A stretch of 64,000 nt of DNA from a virus (IMGVR_UViG_3300020576_006124:96001-160000), one strand, 5' to 3'. Counted from the stretch's first letter, positions 55,403 to 64,000 are shown. The notes: generated from the letters alone by a model not told the origin. Program-made: numbers and translations.

Positions 55403-56984
55403 TAATGTTATCCTTAAAATGCTCTAATAGAACTTCTCTCTCTGATAATAGAGCCTGAATTTCCTTAGGATCTATCCCAATCCCTGCTTCCTCAAAGATA
55501 TAATAGAGTTCTTGTAGAGATGTAGAAGAGTCTAGTAACTTACTTTCAACACTGTCTTTCTGGTCTTTTTTCTTAGGGCGTCCACCTTCTTTTTTCTCAA
55601 GTGACTTTGGTTCTTCTGGTCCGGCGCCCCCGTACAGGTGTTGGAAGGTCTTAGAAAGATTAATTGGGGAATCTATATCAATTCTTTGTCTCGCCTCAAC
55701 AATATCAATGATTCCCTTTGTAAACAGATCAGCTACATGGGACTCATGTTTAGAAAGAATGTCACCATCTGCTTGATGGAATCTGATAGATACCTGATGA
55801 TTGGGGTTAGTGTATGGGTCATACCCCATTTCCCACAAAAGCTCAAAGAATAGCTCTTGGGTAAAGAAGCTCTCTAGATTTTTTTGAGTAGATGCCAGAT
55901 TTTGGATGAACCCTAATAAGCTTTTATCTGCAGCTAGGGTAGAAGTATTATCCATCCCCATGAGGTAGGCTGGAATTCCCATCCCAGTAATTACCCTCCT
56001 GGTCAGGTAGTTTAAATATTCATTAACCCTTAGAGCGTGGGACTCTGATCCTTTTTGCTCTATGTTGTGCCAGGCTGGTGTAATCAAAATTGAATCATGT
56101 CTCGCAGCCTCTACAACATTGACTCTAGCTCTAGATATCTCTTGCTCTATAGTCAGCCCACTTCTTGCCTGTATGGGATCTTTAGGCCTGTCAATAGTAT
56201 AGTGTGTCAAGGGAAGCGCATGCTTCTTTAACATAGTTACCATTAAATTTTCTGCTATCTTTAGATTAGTCAGATCATCAAGTACAGGCATCACAAGGCC
56301 AATTCCAAAAACAGTTCCTGGATCTTTTTTATAAGTTGCAACAGATACATCCAACTTATTAATTAGGGTTTTGGAATCCGGCTTCCAGGAGCCAAAGTCC
56401 ATTTTAAATTTGTACTCTTTCTTTTGTCCTCTTCCTTGCTCCTTACCCAAATAAGCCTGGACTTCTTCAAAAGTAATACCTTTTAAGGTCCAACCTATGT
56501 GTTTCTGCTTATGCTTCAGGGGGTAGAACTGAAGAGGGGAGATAACAGCTAACCTAGAGATAGAATCAGGTCTATCCTTATACAGACCTCGATAACTCTT
56601 TGATGCATCGGTGGCAGAAGATGTACCCCTTATTTTTACTAAAGGGGCGGTCCCAGTCTTAAAGAGTTCGTGAATAAGTTCAAACTTGAGTGTATCCCAT
56701 GTAGTACCTGAGGCAAAACAAATTTCCTGTAGTCTCTTTGTTAAGACATCTACAATCTTTTTTTCTCCAACAATGTCGAACCTAGAACAGTGATCTGTGT
56801 ATACATCCACACCTTGTCGGGCGATTCCGTCTTTAATGTAGGCATCTACACACCTCATTATTGATCTGGAGATGAGAGCATCATTTACGTGCCTAGTCAG
56901 GGTGGCTGAAGGTTTTTCTTCAAGGCCTAGAACCTGACTTTCGGCTTTAGAGCTCTTAGGTAAAGAGGCGTCTGTAAATTCCAT
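55395..56984 (-). CDS. Portal protein
   Basis: 529 aa; between terminase and protease; FGIGLVMPVLDDL..L...E and GMGIPAYLMG portal-like segments. Confidence 0.8.
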   Translation of the reverse strand: MEFTDASLPKSSKAESQVLGLEEKPSATLTRHVNDALISRSIMRCVDAYIKDGIARQGVDVYTDHCSRFDIVGEKKIVDVLTKRLQEICFASGTTWDTLKFELIHELFKTGTAPLVKIRGTSSATDASKSYRGLYKDRPDSISRLAVISPLQFYPLKHKQKHIGWTLKGITFEEVQAYLGKEQGRGQKKEYKFKMDFGSWKPDSKTLINKLDVSVATYKKDPGTVFGIGLVMPVLDDLTNLKIAENLMVTMLKKHALPLTHYTIDRPKDPIQARSGLTIEQEISRARVNVVEAARHDSILITPAWHNIEQKGSESHALRVNEYLNYLTRRVITGMGIPAYLMGMDNTSTLAADKSLLGFIQNLASTQKNLESFFTQELFFELLWEMGYDPYTNPNHQVSIRFHQADGDILSKHESHVADLFTKGIIDIVEARQRIDIDSPINLSKTFQHLYGGAGPEEPKSLEKKEGGRPKKKDQKDSVESKLLDSSTSLQELYYIFEEAGIGIDPKEIQALLSEREVLLEHFKDNING

Positions 56985-56993
56985 TTTATTCTA

Positions 56994-57428
56994 TTAAATT
57001 AGAGCCCCGAATACTCTATCGACAGAAGTATCATTGGGCTCCAAAAAGTAATCTACGATCAGAATCTGATATTCTGCGTCGCGTGGGAAGCTTTTTACCT
57101 TCTCTAACATCCCTATATTATTGGACCAATCTTCCAGAGACACACCAGTCATACTGTTAGCAACTTCAAAATTTGTTGAGTGTTCTGGTCCGTGGATGCA
57201 GATTATCCAACCAAGTAGGGGTATAAATATATCAAAATGAAGGGGTTTACCTTTATAAGTAACAATATTTGTATCCCCATCTAGAAATACAAGGGGAGAA
57301 CTTAAAGAAAGTTTCTTCTCCAGGAAATTAAGAATGCATTCAACCCATTCTTTTCTAAAAGATTCTTGGCTTTCTTTTAGAACTTGAAGGGAAGTTTTAT
57401 TAAATTTGAACATATCGAGAAATTTCAT
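56994..57428 (-). CDS. PD-(D/E)XK/Vsr-like fold protein, possibly inactive
   Basis: PLHFDIFIP....ICIHGPEH resembles FDFYxP...IExDGxxH. Confidence 0.45.
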   Translation of the reverse strand: MKFLDMFKFNKTSLQVLKESQESFRKEWVECILNFLEKKLSLSSPLVFLDGDTNIVTYKGKPLHFDIFIPLLGWIICIHGPEHSTNFEVANSMTGVSLEDWSNNIGMLEKVKSFPRDAEYQILIVDYFLEPNDTSVDRVFGALI

Positions 57429-58458
57429 CTAAAATATCCTTTGTAGAGTTTTTATTAAGGATAAGTGGAAGATTATACCTTCTAATCTCATTAAGCTGTT
57501 GGATCTCAGAATATCTCTCTAATAACGACCCCTCAACTTCTGAAAGAACGGACAAAAGACTTGCCTCCATCTGCATTGAAAGAGCTTGTAACCCAGAGTT
57601 TCTTAAGGCGTCATCAGACAAAATGGAAAGTGTTGTCATAGCTGATCTCAGATTCTTATCCAGGTATATCGCATAGTTATTCCTGCCTATCAAATCAGAC
57701 AATCTCTTATTCATGTCATAGTAAGGGAGAACAGCCACTGCAAGGTACTGATCTGTTATATGTTTAGTAGTATTTCTCCAAAGACCTAAGACAGACGAGA
57801 TGGAGGCGTATACATCTGTATCTTTCGACCCCTGCTCCACTAAGGACTGCTGTCTTACTAGATTTGAAAATATTCTTATTTCATCTTTGAGACTAATACC
57901 CCTCTTCTCTGAGAAGGAGCTAATGAAATCTTTCAATGAAAAATAATAGCTTTGGAAACTAGCTAGATAGTGTTTGGTGACTACCTCTAAAGAGTTCGGA
58001 TTTTTTTGGGTGTATCTAAGCCATTGATTCTCTAGGGAGTACTTTATAATCCTAATATTGGACTCCGATACGGTTAAATCCGCCAAGGCAATTACCCTAT
58101 AATCTCCTTCCGAAGCGGCTTTGGCGATCAAATCTTGTAGGGTTGAGTAGGAGATTGGATTGTACTTTTCTGGATGATAGGGATCAAAAGATAGATTCGA
58201 AAATTTATCTACTATCTCACCAGAAATAGTGCCAGTAAAGGAGTTTTTTGTATCAGTTTTTTTTTCTTGAATAAGATCAAGCAAAAGTTGAGACTCCCCG
58301 ATCAAAGTTTCTACCAGAATTTTACTAGAGACTTGGGAATTTGTCTGGGATGAATAGACAAGAGAGTTAGAAATATCTTTCGTTAAAGTAAGGCTTTGAT
58401 CAATAATCTGGTCTACAACCCTTGGAATATCTGGTTTTTGGAATAGGCTTTTACTCAT
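57400..58458 (-). CDS. Hypothetical helical protein
   Basis: 352 aa; coupled to terL by TAATG. Confidence 0.5.
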   Translation of the reverse strand: MSKSLFQKPDIPRVVDQIIDQSLTLTKDISNSLVYSSQTNSQVSSKILVETLIGESQLLLDLIQEKKTDTKNSFTGTISGEIVDKFSNLSFDPYHPEKYNPISYSTLQDLIAKAASEGDYRVIALADLTVSESNIRIIKYSLENQWLRYTQKNPNSLEVVTKHYLASFQSYYFSLKDFISSFSEKRGISLKDEIRIFSNLVRQQSLVEQGSKDTDVYASISSVLGLWRNTTKHITDQYLAVAVLPYYDMNKRLSDLIGRNNYAIYLDKNLRSAMTTLSILSDDALRNSGLQALSMQMEASLLSVLSEVEGSLLERYSEIQQLNEIRRYNLPLILNKNSTKDILDEISRYVQI

Positions 58459-61400
58459 TAGAAGTCCGGTAAAAATTTCTCAAATTGATATAAGTCTGAG
58501 CTAGTATAAGGGTCTACTTGTAAAATGTCTTTGGATGTGATTACCTGGGTCTCATAAGGTCCTATCTCTGTTTGGCCCAACCCTACATCAGAAAGAAAGT
58601 CCCCAATCTTCTTCCAAGAAGTATAGAGAGCAAAGAAAAGACAGTCTATCATATGTTCATCTTTTCTGCTAAACTTAATAGTAGAGGTGGAAGTATTTAG
58701 AATTTTGTATTTATAATACTGCTCCTTCATCTCTAGATCATTAGCGTTTAAGATAACTTCATCGTTCTCAAACTTCATTCTAGCTAACTGATAGGCAAAC
58801 TCTTTAATTCTCTTCTTCTCCACCTCTCCAGTTTCCTCATTTATCACCTCTTCTTTTCCTTGCATTGCTATCCTAACAAGGACATCTGAGAGATCAATCC
58901 CTTTCTCTAAACCTAATCTAAGAATGATCTCAGCATTAGCATCAATTCCGGATGAGTCAACGGCCACATGGGAAACTTTGTACCTCTGGTAGAAATCTAT
59001 TATATGCTCTGCAGCATCATGGAACCCCATAACGTCCTTTTTCATGGACTCATATCTGTCTAGGCACTTAATTTTTCTGGTTGTAGGATTATACCCCCAC
59101 ACAACCACATTAGACCCTGCCTGAACTTTATCAAAGTCAACTGTAATGAGGTTTATGCAACTAGTATCTAGGTTATGTTCACCATATTGGTAGTCATGTC
59201 TAAAGGCCTGGTCTATGTGAGGGCGATAGAATGCGTCCGTACTACCTGTCTGACGAATGTCTAGAACATATTCTGTCCTCCAACGATCCATGTCTGATTT
59301 CTCAGCCTCAAACATGGCGTTCTTTTGTTCAAGGGTTAGAGATGTATTATCCCAAATTCCGCATTTAACCAATCTTGAACTGGGGGGAAGATTTTTAAGA
59401 CAAACTCTGTTATAGAATTCCCCTTCAGGGTCCTTTACCGTCCCCGCTATGTAGCCTTTAATCCTACTAAGGTGCTCTGGTGGGCAGGCAAAGTACATAG
59501 GGTTAAGCACAGAGAACCCCTCACTAGGAATTGCCCCCGCCTCATCAATTATGATAATATCGGGCTGTTTGACGCCCCTGAGCGTGTCTATCTGCTTTTT
59601 ATTAGCAGAGACAATATGTCCTAAGATTTGAGATCCCTGTAAGAAGGTTCTTATGGGGGGAGAGTTTAATTGGACGCCATAAGGATCTACGAAAGCCTGA
59701 ACAAAAGGTGAACCTTCTATTAGAGTATCGAGGTCTGTAAAGAAAGCGTTTCTATTGGGGTCAGATTGACAGAAAAACTGGATGGTTCTTCCTGGGTCGA
59801 ATATAAGATGCCACAAAGCGATAGCTGCCAGCCCGAAAGAGTTGTGGACTACGATGTCATTTGCTATAAAGTTGTGGTCGTCGTGGTCTACTGTCAGGTC
59901 ATAAACCTTCTTTATACCCACATTTTGAACCTGAATTATAGAGAGCCATTTGCGGGCAGAATGTACGTCTTTTACTAATGGAATTAAACCCGCCTGATGA
60001 AGAAAAAGATCAGTGCTAGTGGGGTCTTGAATTATAATTTCACTAGCGGGACCCTTAAATGACCAAATACCTAATCTTAAAAGCAAATGGGCAAAGTCAT
60101 TCGAGGAAGCTTTTGGTACATTGAATTCAATCTGTCGGAAAAGGTCATTAAATTTTCCGTACTTTTTAAAAACTGACAAGACAAAGTTCATCAAAAACTC
60201 GTCAGCTAGTTTAAAAACTGGGTCTGGGATTATTCCTGTAGAAGTCATTTCTGTAACCCAGGAATCTATTTCACCCCCCGTAGAAGACCCCTTAAAGCCT
60301 GTGTTGATCTTCCCTGGGGCCAGAACTCTATCCCCTATTTGAAGGTGACCCGCTTGTATCCATCCATGAGATCTGCTGAAGACCTGATGATCCCTGCTCA
60401 ATGTTATGTCAAATCCATTATCAAAGATAAGCTTGATACAATGCTTCTCCCCCGATTCAACCCACTCTGTGGGGGAGGAGAGGGTTTTATTTAAGGAGAA
60501 ATCAAAAACTAGAGTTTTTTTAGTTTTACTCAAGTCTTTAATTGGTGTAGGCCTCCCTGTGAAGGAGTCTATAACTCGACTACTGCCATCAATACAATTG
60601 TGGGTTGTGATGTAGTAATCTGTGAGATAGAGTTGGTCCTTAGAGTCAAGGGTGATGCACTGACATGTAGCATACTCTTCATCCATCTCCACATTAATTA
60701 CTTTTCTCCTGAGGTCCTTTTGGAGACTACCCTCCCAGCTCTCTGAGAACTTGTCACTAAATAAAAGTCCAAGCTCAACTGGTAAATAGATCTCCATCAA
60801 AGATTGTCTATTTATCGTCTTTAAATGGGCTACACCTCCAAGACCAAAAACAAGTTGCTGTACATGTCTGGCAAAGGATTCTGATGGGGCTCTGTACTCG
60901 TAGTATTTATTTGTGGGGTGGAAATAACTTTCCGTTAGTACTTTTTCAAGATAACGGGCTCTGAGTTTTGAGCTGCCGTAGATAACTTCGTTGGGGATAT
61001 CCCTTGAGGCAGGAGTAATTGGCTCTTCCAAATAATGAAGGGATGATGATAAAGAGTTATTTATCTTTGACGAAGTAAATTTCATCAAAGAGCAAGCCTT
61101 AATAAATACTTCTTTACCAGAGTCTACCAGCTTAGATAGTGCTAGTGTGTCTACCATCCACTCCTTTCCACCAGAGATAACAACCCAGAGATGGTCTTCT
61201 GTGGCCCTAGTATAGGTCCCGTCTTCCATAAAAACAGTCATCACAGGGACATAGCCGTAAGGGTGAATGTCTTTAATTGTGGCAGAATCACCAGAAGGGG
61301 TTAGAACTTTATCCCCAACAGACAAATCTCCCATTCTTCGGAAACCTAAGGGGGTTAGTACCCTGGCTGATTGAGGTTGAGCTTTACCACCCCTTCTATG

Positions 61401-61607
61401 GACCCAGATGTATATGTACTTCTCAGGAGCGTCCATAAATTCAGCCTGGAAACCTCTAGGATTGAAAGGAGTCCAATCCATCCCGTCTTTCACTCGCAGG
61501 AAGTTTCTAGCAAAGGCGGCCTTTGATAGTCGGGCTTCATCAATTTTGGCTTTGAACCCTGGGTTGGTTTTTGCTTGATTTAAGATTTCTTCTAGTAGTT
61601 TCGACAT
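58458..61607 (-). CDS. terL: Terminase large subunit precursor with two tandem inteins (about 535 aa spliced)
   Basis: Q-motif PRGFQ, Walker A HRRGGK|S (interrupted), Walker B IIIIDEAG, coupling AGT, nuclease VDFD and DEHMID. Confidence 0.93.
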   Translation of the reverse strand: MSKLLEEILNQAKTNPGFKAKIDEARLSKAAFARNFLRVKDGMDWTPFNPRGFQAEFMDAPEKYIYIWVHRRGGKAQPQSARVLTPLGFRRMGDLSVGDKVLTPSGDSATIKDIHPYGYVPVMTVFMEDGTYTRATEDHLWVVISGGKEWMVDTLALSKLVDSGKEVFIKACSLMKFTSSKINNSLSSSLHYLEEPITPASRDIPNEVIYGSSKLRARYLEKVLTESYFHPTNKYYEYRAPSESFARHVQQLVFGLGGVAHLKTINRQSLMEIYLPVELGLLFSDKFSESWEGSLQKDLRRKVINVEMDEEYATCQCITLDSKDQLYLTDYYITTHNCIDGSSRVIDSFTGRPTPIKDLSKTKKTLVFDFSLNKTLSSPTEWVESGEKHCIKLIFDNGFDITLSRDHQVFSRSHGWIQAGHLQIGDRVLAPGKINTGFKGSSTGGEIDSWVTEMTSTGIIPDPVFKLADEFLMNFVLSVFKKYGKFNDLFRQIEFNVPKASSNDFAHLLLRLGIWSFKGPASEIIIQDPTSTDLFLHQAGLIPLVKDVHSARKWLSIIQVQNVGIKKVYDLTVDHDDHNFIANDIVVHNSFGLAAIALWHLIFDPGRTIQFFCQSDPNRNAFFTDLDTLIEGSPFVQAFVDPYGVQLNSPPIRTFLQGSQILGHIVSANKKQIDTLRGVKQPDIIIIDEAGAIPSEGFSVLNPMYFACPPEHLSRIKGYIAGTVKDPEGEFYNRVCLKNLPPSSRLVKCGIWDNTSLTLEQKNAMFEAEKSDMDRWRTEYVLDIRQTGSTDAFYRPHIDQAFRHDYQYGEHNLDTSCINLITVDFDKVQAGSNVVVWGYNPTTRKIKCLDRYESMKKDVMGFHDAAEHIIDFYQRYKVSHVAVDSSGIDANAEIILRLGLEKGIDLSDVLVRIAMQGKEEVINEETGEVEKKRIKEFAYQLARMKFENDEVILNANDLEMKEQYYKYKILNTSTSTIKFSRKDEHMIDCLFFALYTSWKKIGDFLSDVGLGQTEIGPYETQVITSKDILQVDPYTSSDLYQFEKFLPDF
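59841..60596 (-). mobile_element. TerL intein 2: class 1, 252 aa (residues 338-589), degenerate endonuclease
   Basis: CIDGSSRV, TLSRDHQVF, VYDLTVD..HNFIANDIVVHN|S. Confidence 0.95.
60597..61382 (-). mobile_element. TerL intein 1: Ala-start class 3 (WCT), 262 aa (residues 76-337), degenerate endonuclease
   Basis: AQPQSARVLTP, ATEDHLW (Trp B12), CQCITL (Cys F4), ITTHN (Thr G5). Confidence 0.92.
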
Positions 61608-61673
61608 AAATTAAAAAGCCCCTTTAGGGCAGGGGAGTGCTATGAGCACAATTCCATTACTCTATTCTTATAT

Positions 61674-61686
61674 TATAATAGAGGTC
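61674..61686 (-). promoter_or_regulatory. Variant promoter motif GACCTCTATTATA upstream of terL
   Basis: One-mismatch copy of the motif in the intergenic gap. Confidence 0.45.
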
Positions 61687-61693
61687 TAGCTTC

Positions 61694-62107
61694 TTATCTA
61701 TTGGTGTATCTTGCAGCATATGCCGCTGCTTCTTGCCTAAAGATTGCAGCACTCTGAAACCTTGTTGAGGCATAGTTAAGACTGCTCATTGCAACGTCCA
61801 TTGGTGCTCTAGAGAGGGAGTATGGGGAACCTTTTATATTATACTTTATATCATTATAGGTTCTGTACCCTGAAACTGTTCCGTGAAGTGCTGCTCCAGC
61901 TAAAGCTGTTCCCGTTATTCCTACGAATTGTGCTGTGGGGGATAGGCCAGAAACGGCCCAAGCAGACCCAAGCCCTAAAGCTGCCCCCCTTAATCTATGA
62001 TCCGGGCTGGTCATAAAACCAATGGCAGCACTAGTTGCTGCTGTGGTGGTAAACCATTTTCTATTTGTAGACGCAAAGGCCTTTAGAAAATCAAAGGTGG
62101 CAGACAT
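61694..62107 (-). CDS. Small Gly/Ala-rich membrane-type protein
   Basis: 137 aa; hydrophobic helices with GxxxG. Confidence 0.55.
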   Translation of the reverse strand: MSATFDFLKAFASTNRKWFTTTAATSAAIGFMTSPDHRLRGAALGLGSAWAVSGLSPTAQFVGITGTALAGAALHGTVSGYRTYNDIKYNIKGSPYSLSRAPMDVAMSSLNYASTRFQSAAIFRQEAAAYAARYTNR

Positions 62108-62424
62108 TATTTAAAGAAATTTCTTCCGGAGATCTTACTGAAGCCTCTTAATCCTGCACCTTTAAAAAAGCTGCTCCCATTTCCCCTAAAGGAGTGGAAG
62201 GAAGCCATTCCGAGGCCAATACCTGCTGCTCCGTAAAGACCAGCAGTAATAGGAGCCCTACGCCGAGCTGACTTCCTAGACATACCGAGGGAATACATTC
62301 CGGCTAACCCCATTCCAGCAGCCCCCCATCTTTGTTGTGCGGGAGTTAATTTTTTATAAAATCTTCCTACTTTATTACCAGCATAAAGGAGGTTTTTAAA
62401 CATAGAACTCGATCTAATAGCCAT
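62107..62424 (-). CDS. Small basic Gly-rich membrane-type protein
   Basis: 105 aa; two hydrophobic segments; no acidic residues. Confidence 0.55.
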   Translation of the reverse strand: MAIRSSSMFKNLLYAGNKVGRFYKKLTPAQQRWGAAGMGLAGMYSLGMSRKSARRRAPITAGLYGAAGIGLGMASFHSFRGNGSSFFKGAGLRGFSKISGRNFFK

Positions 62425-62427
62425 TTC

Positions 62428-63105
62428 TTATCTCCTTAGTGAATTTCCTAGGTTTTGAGCTGATGTAATCTCTCTCATCAAATTATCATAAGTGGTTGTA
62501 GGGTCTGGGGCACGATTGTTATTTAACACCATATTCCCAAACTCTTTGGCTGGACCAAAAACAGCCTTTCCTATTGACAGGCCTACAGCTAATCCTGCAT
62601 GCGGGGCATAACGTCTTATATCATTTTTGGGGAGATTTTTATAGGGGAATAATCTCATTCCCATAACTCTAAAGTTTTTCTTCTGAAGGTTGTCTATGCC
62701 TTCCATTCCGTACTTTAGCTCTTCTTGTATAACTTTTCCTGCGGGAGTTCTATAGAATTTCCCTAATAATTCATTTTTTGACTCTGTAATTCCGTGGAAG
62801 AACCCAGTACCTGAATCCCCAGTCCCCATAAAAGCTCTACTCCATTTTCTCATGGATTTAGCTCCTAAGCTGAAACCTATTCCTGCGCCTAAAGCAGCCC
62901 CTACAGCTCCGGCCCCAGGACCAAAAGTAGAACCCATCCATAGACCCACCCCTGCACCCAGAAGAGGGCCCACTCCATAGCCAAGAGTCCCAGCTACTAG
63001 GTGTGATCCACCCTCTACGCCTTTGGTAAAAAATCCTAAGCCGGGAGTTCCGACGTGTCCGACACCTGCTTTAAAAATATTGAATGAACTCTTATTAAAT
63101 CTCAT
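62428..63105 (-). CDS. Glycine-zipper membrane-type protein
   Basis: GTLGYGVGPLLGAGVGLWMGSTFGPGAGAVGAALGAGIG. Confidence 0.6.
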   Translation of the reverse strand: MRFNKSSFNIFKAGVGHVGTPGLGFFTKGVEGGSHLVAGTLGYGVGPLLGAGVGLWMGSTFGPGAGAVGAALGAGIGFSLGAKSMRKWSRAFMGTGDSGTGFFHGITESKNELLGKFYRTPAGKVIQEELKYGMEGIDNLQKKNFRVMGMRLFPYKNLPKNDIRRYAPHAGLAVGLSIGKAVFGPAKEFGNMVLNNNRAPDPTTTYDNLMREITSAQNLGNSLRR

Positions 63106-63110
63106 TTAGA

Positions 63111-63815
63111 TTAACCACTAAGCTCTCCCTCAATTATGTCCTCGATAACTGCCCCGCCAGAGTCTTTAGTAAACCCACTAATAAGATTTTTAAGTTCATC
63201 CATAGAGTCTTTTCTAAAGGTTCCTTTTACCTTATCTTTTCTAGAGGCGTTTAGCTTGTTTATGGCGTCGTCCATACCTTTTTCGAATTGTGATCTAAAC
63301 TTCAGAAGCTCATTCACTTCCTTTCTATGATAAACAGTGGAGTTTCTACTATCTATCAGTCCAGGATTAGTCTGCCACATGCCATTTACCCCCAGATCCA
63401 TGCCTATTCTGTCAAGGATCATCTTGTTCATGGCAATTTGGGCTACATACCCGAGATCAACTAGATTGTCATCTTCTATTTCAAGCTTCTTTATTAGACC
63501 TGTGACTAGCCTAGCTGCATTAAGCATCTCAAAGCGGCACTCAGAATGCCTCAGCTTTTCCTGCTCCTCCGGTTTCCCGGCTAAAGATCTCATGATAGGA
63601 CAGGCTTCTGCATAAGGACAGTCGGAGGCTCTGCATACCATGTATCCTTTTAAAAAGAGACCAAGCTTAGAGAAGGCTGTTTCGCCCTCTACCATGCTAA
63701 AATGTGGTAGAGCGCCTAATTGATCATTAATGTATCGCTCTACCGCTTCCTGAAATTCCTTCTCGGTTCTTACTATCTTCCCTGTAAGACTGAGGCTGTT
63801 GTCTTTTTCTTCCAT
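63111..63815 (-). CDS. Putative terminase small subunit with a Cys cluster
   Basis: C-x4-CPY-x3-CP...C; helical C-terminus ending LNASRK, like small terminases; upstream of terL. Confidence 0.45.
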   Translation of the reverse strand: MEEKDNSLSLTGKIVRTEKEFQEAVERYINDQLGALPHFSMVEGETAFSKLGLFLKGYMVCRASDCPYAEACPIMRSLAGKPEEQEKLRHSECRFEMLNAARLVTGLIKKLEIEDDNLVDLGYVAQIAMNKMILDRIGMDLGVNGMWQTNPGLIDSRNSTVYHRKEVNELLKFRSQFEKGMDDAINKLNASRKDKVKGTFRKDSMDELKNLISGFTKDSGGAVIEDIIEGELSG

Positions 63816-64000
63816 TAGTCTAGTTCTTTGACCATAATTTGATTCAGGTCTTTAAGGTTGGGTTTAACTCTTCTGAGGCAATAATAATGAACCAAGGTAT
63901 CTGGACCAACTTCTACTGGGTTTTCTGGATTCCAGTCAGCTATTAGATGCTCAAAGGTTTGAGTACCATAGGTCTGAACTAAGGTTTCCATATCTCCAAA
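63815..64000 (-). CDS. Hypothetical protein, 5'-truncated by the window edge
   Basis: Frame open from 64000 to a TAA overlapping the next ATG (...NQIMVKELD*). Confidence 0.55.
   Translation of the reverse strand, partial: FGDMETLVQTYGTQTFEHLIADWNPENPVEVGPDTLVHYYCLRRVKPNLKDLNQIMVKELD

Noticed and set aside
24308-63209. Extra GACTCTAT cores at 24308 and 63202
   Set aside because: They lack the downstream A/T run and lie within genes; probably chance matches.
605-63615. The many plus-strand ORFs and short alternative-frame minus-strand ORFs in the ORF track
   Set aside because: All lie within long, coupled minus-strand genes and show no recognisable motifs; they are shadow ORFs.
1-64000. Stop-codon reassignment as in some large phages
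   Set aside because: ORFs up to 2417 aa are intact in code 11. TAG ends genes (9136, 32924, 46534) just before terminators or promoter motifs, and TGA also acts as a stop.

Overview
The window is a continuous, minus-strand late (virion morphogenesis) region of a large contractile-tailed phage (myovirus-type Caudoviricetes, probably jumbo-class) read in the standard genetic code. In transcription order (right to left): putative small terminase, three Gly-rich membrane proteins, large terminase, portal, prohead protease, decoration protein, major capsid protein, neck proteins, two sheath paralogues, three tube paralogues, tail chaperones, tape-measure-like protein, metallophosphoesterase, very large virion/hub proteins, a GH108 lysozyme, fibre proteins, baseplate wedge genes, RuvC, a GroEL-like chaperonin and further baseplate/fibre genes. 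Main observations: (1) TerL carries two inteins fused back to back, with no extein between them, inside the Walker A GK|S motif: an Ala-start class 3 (WCT) intein followed by a Cys-start class 1 intein. (2) A LAGLIDADG-containing intein sits in the tape-measure-like protein. (3) A motif RACTCTATWW recurs in the sizeable intergenic gaps and is a candidate phage late promoter. (4) One copy lies inside the protease gene ahead of an in-frame RBS+ATG, predicting a nested scaffold protein. (5) The capsid genes strongly prefer the Arg codon CGA. All function calls come from motif recognition and gene order; no database search was run.
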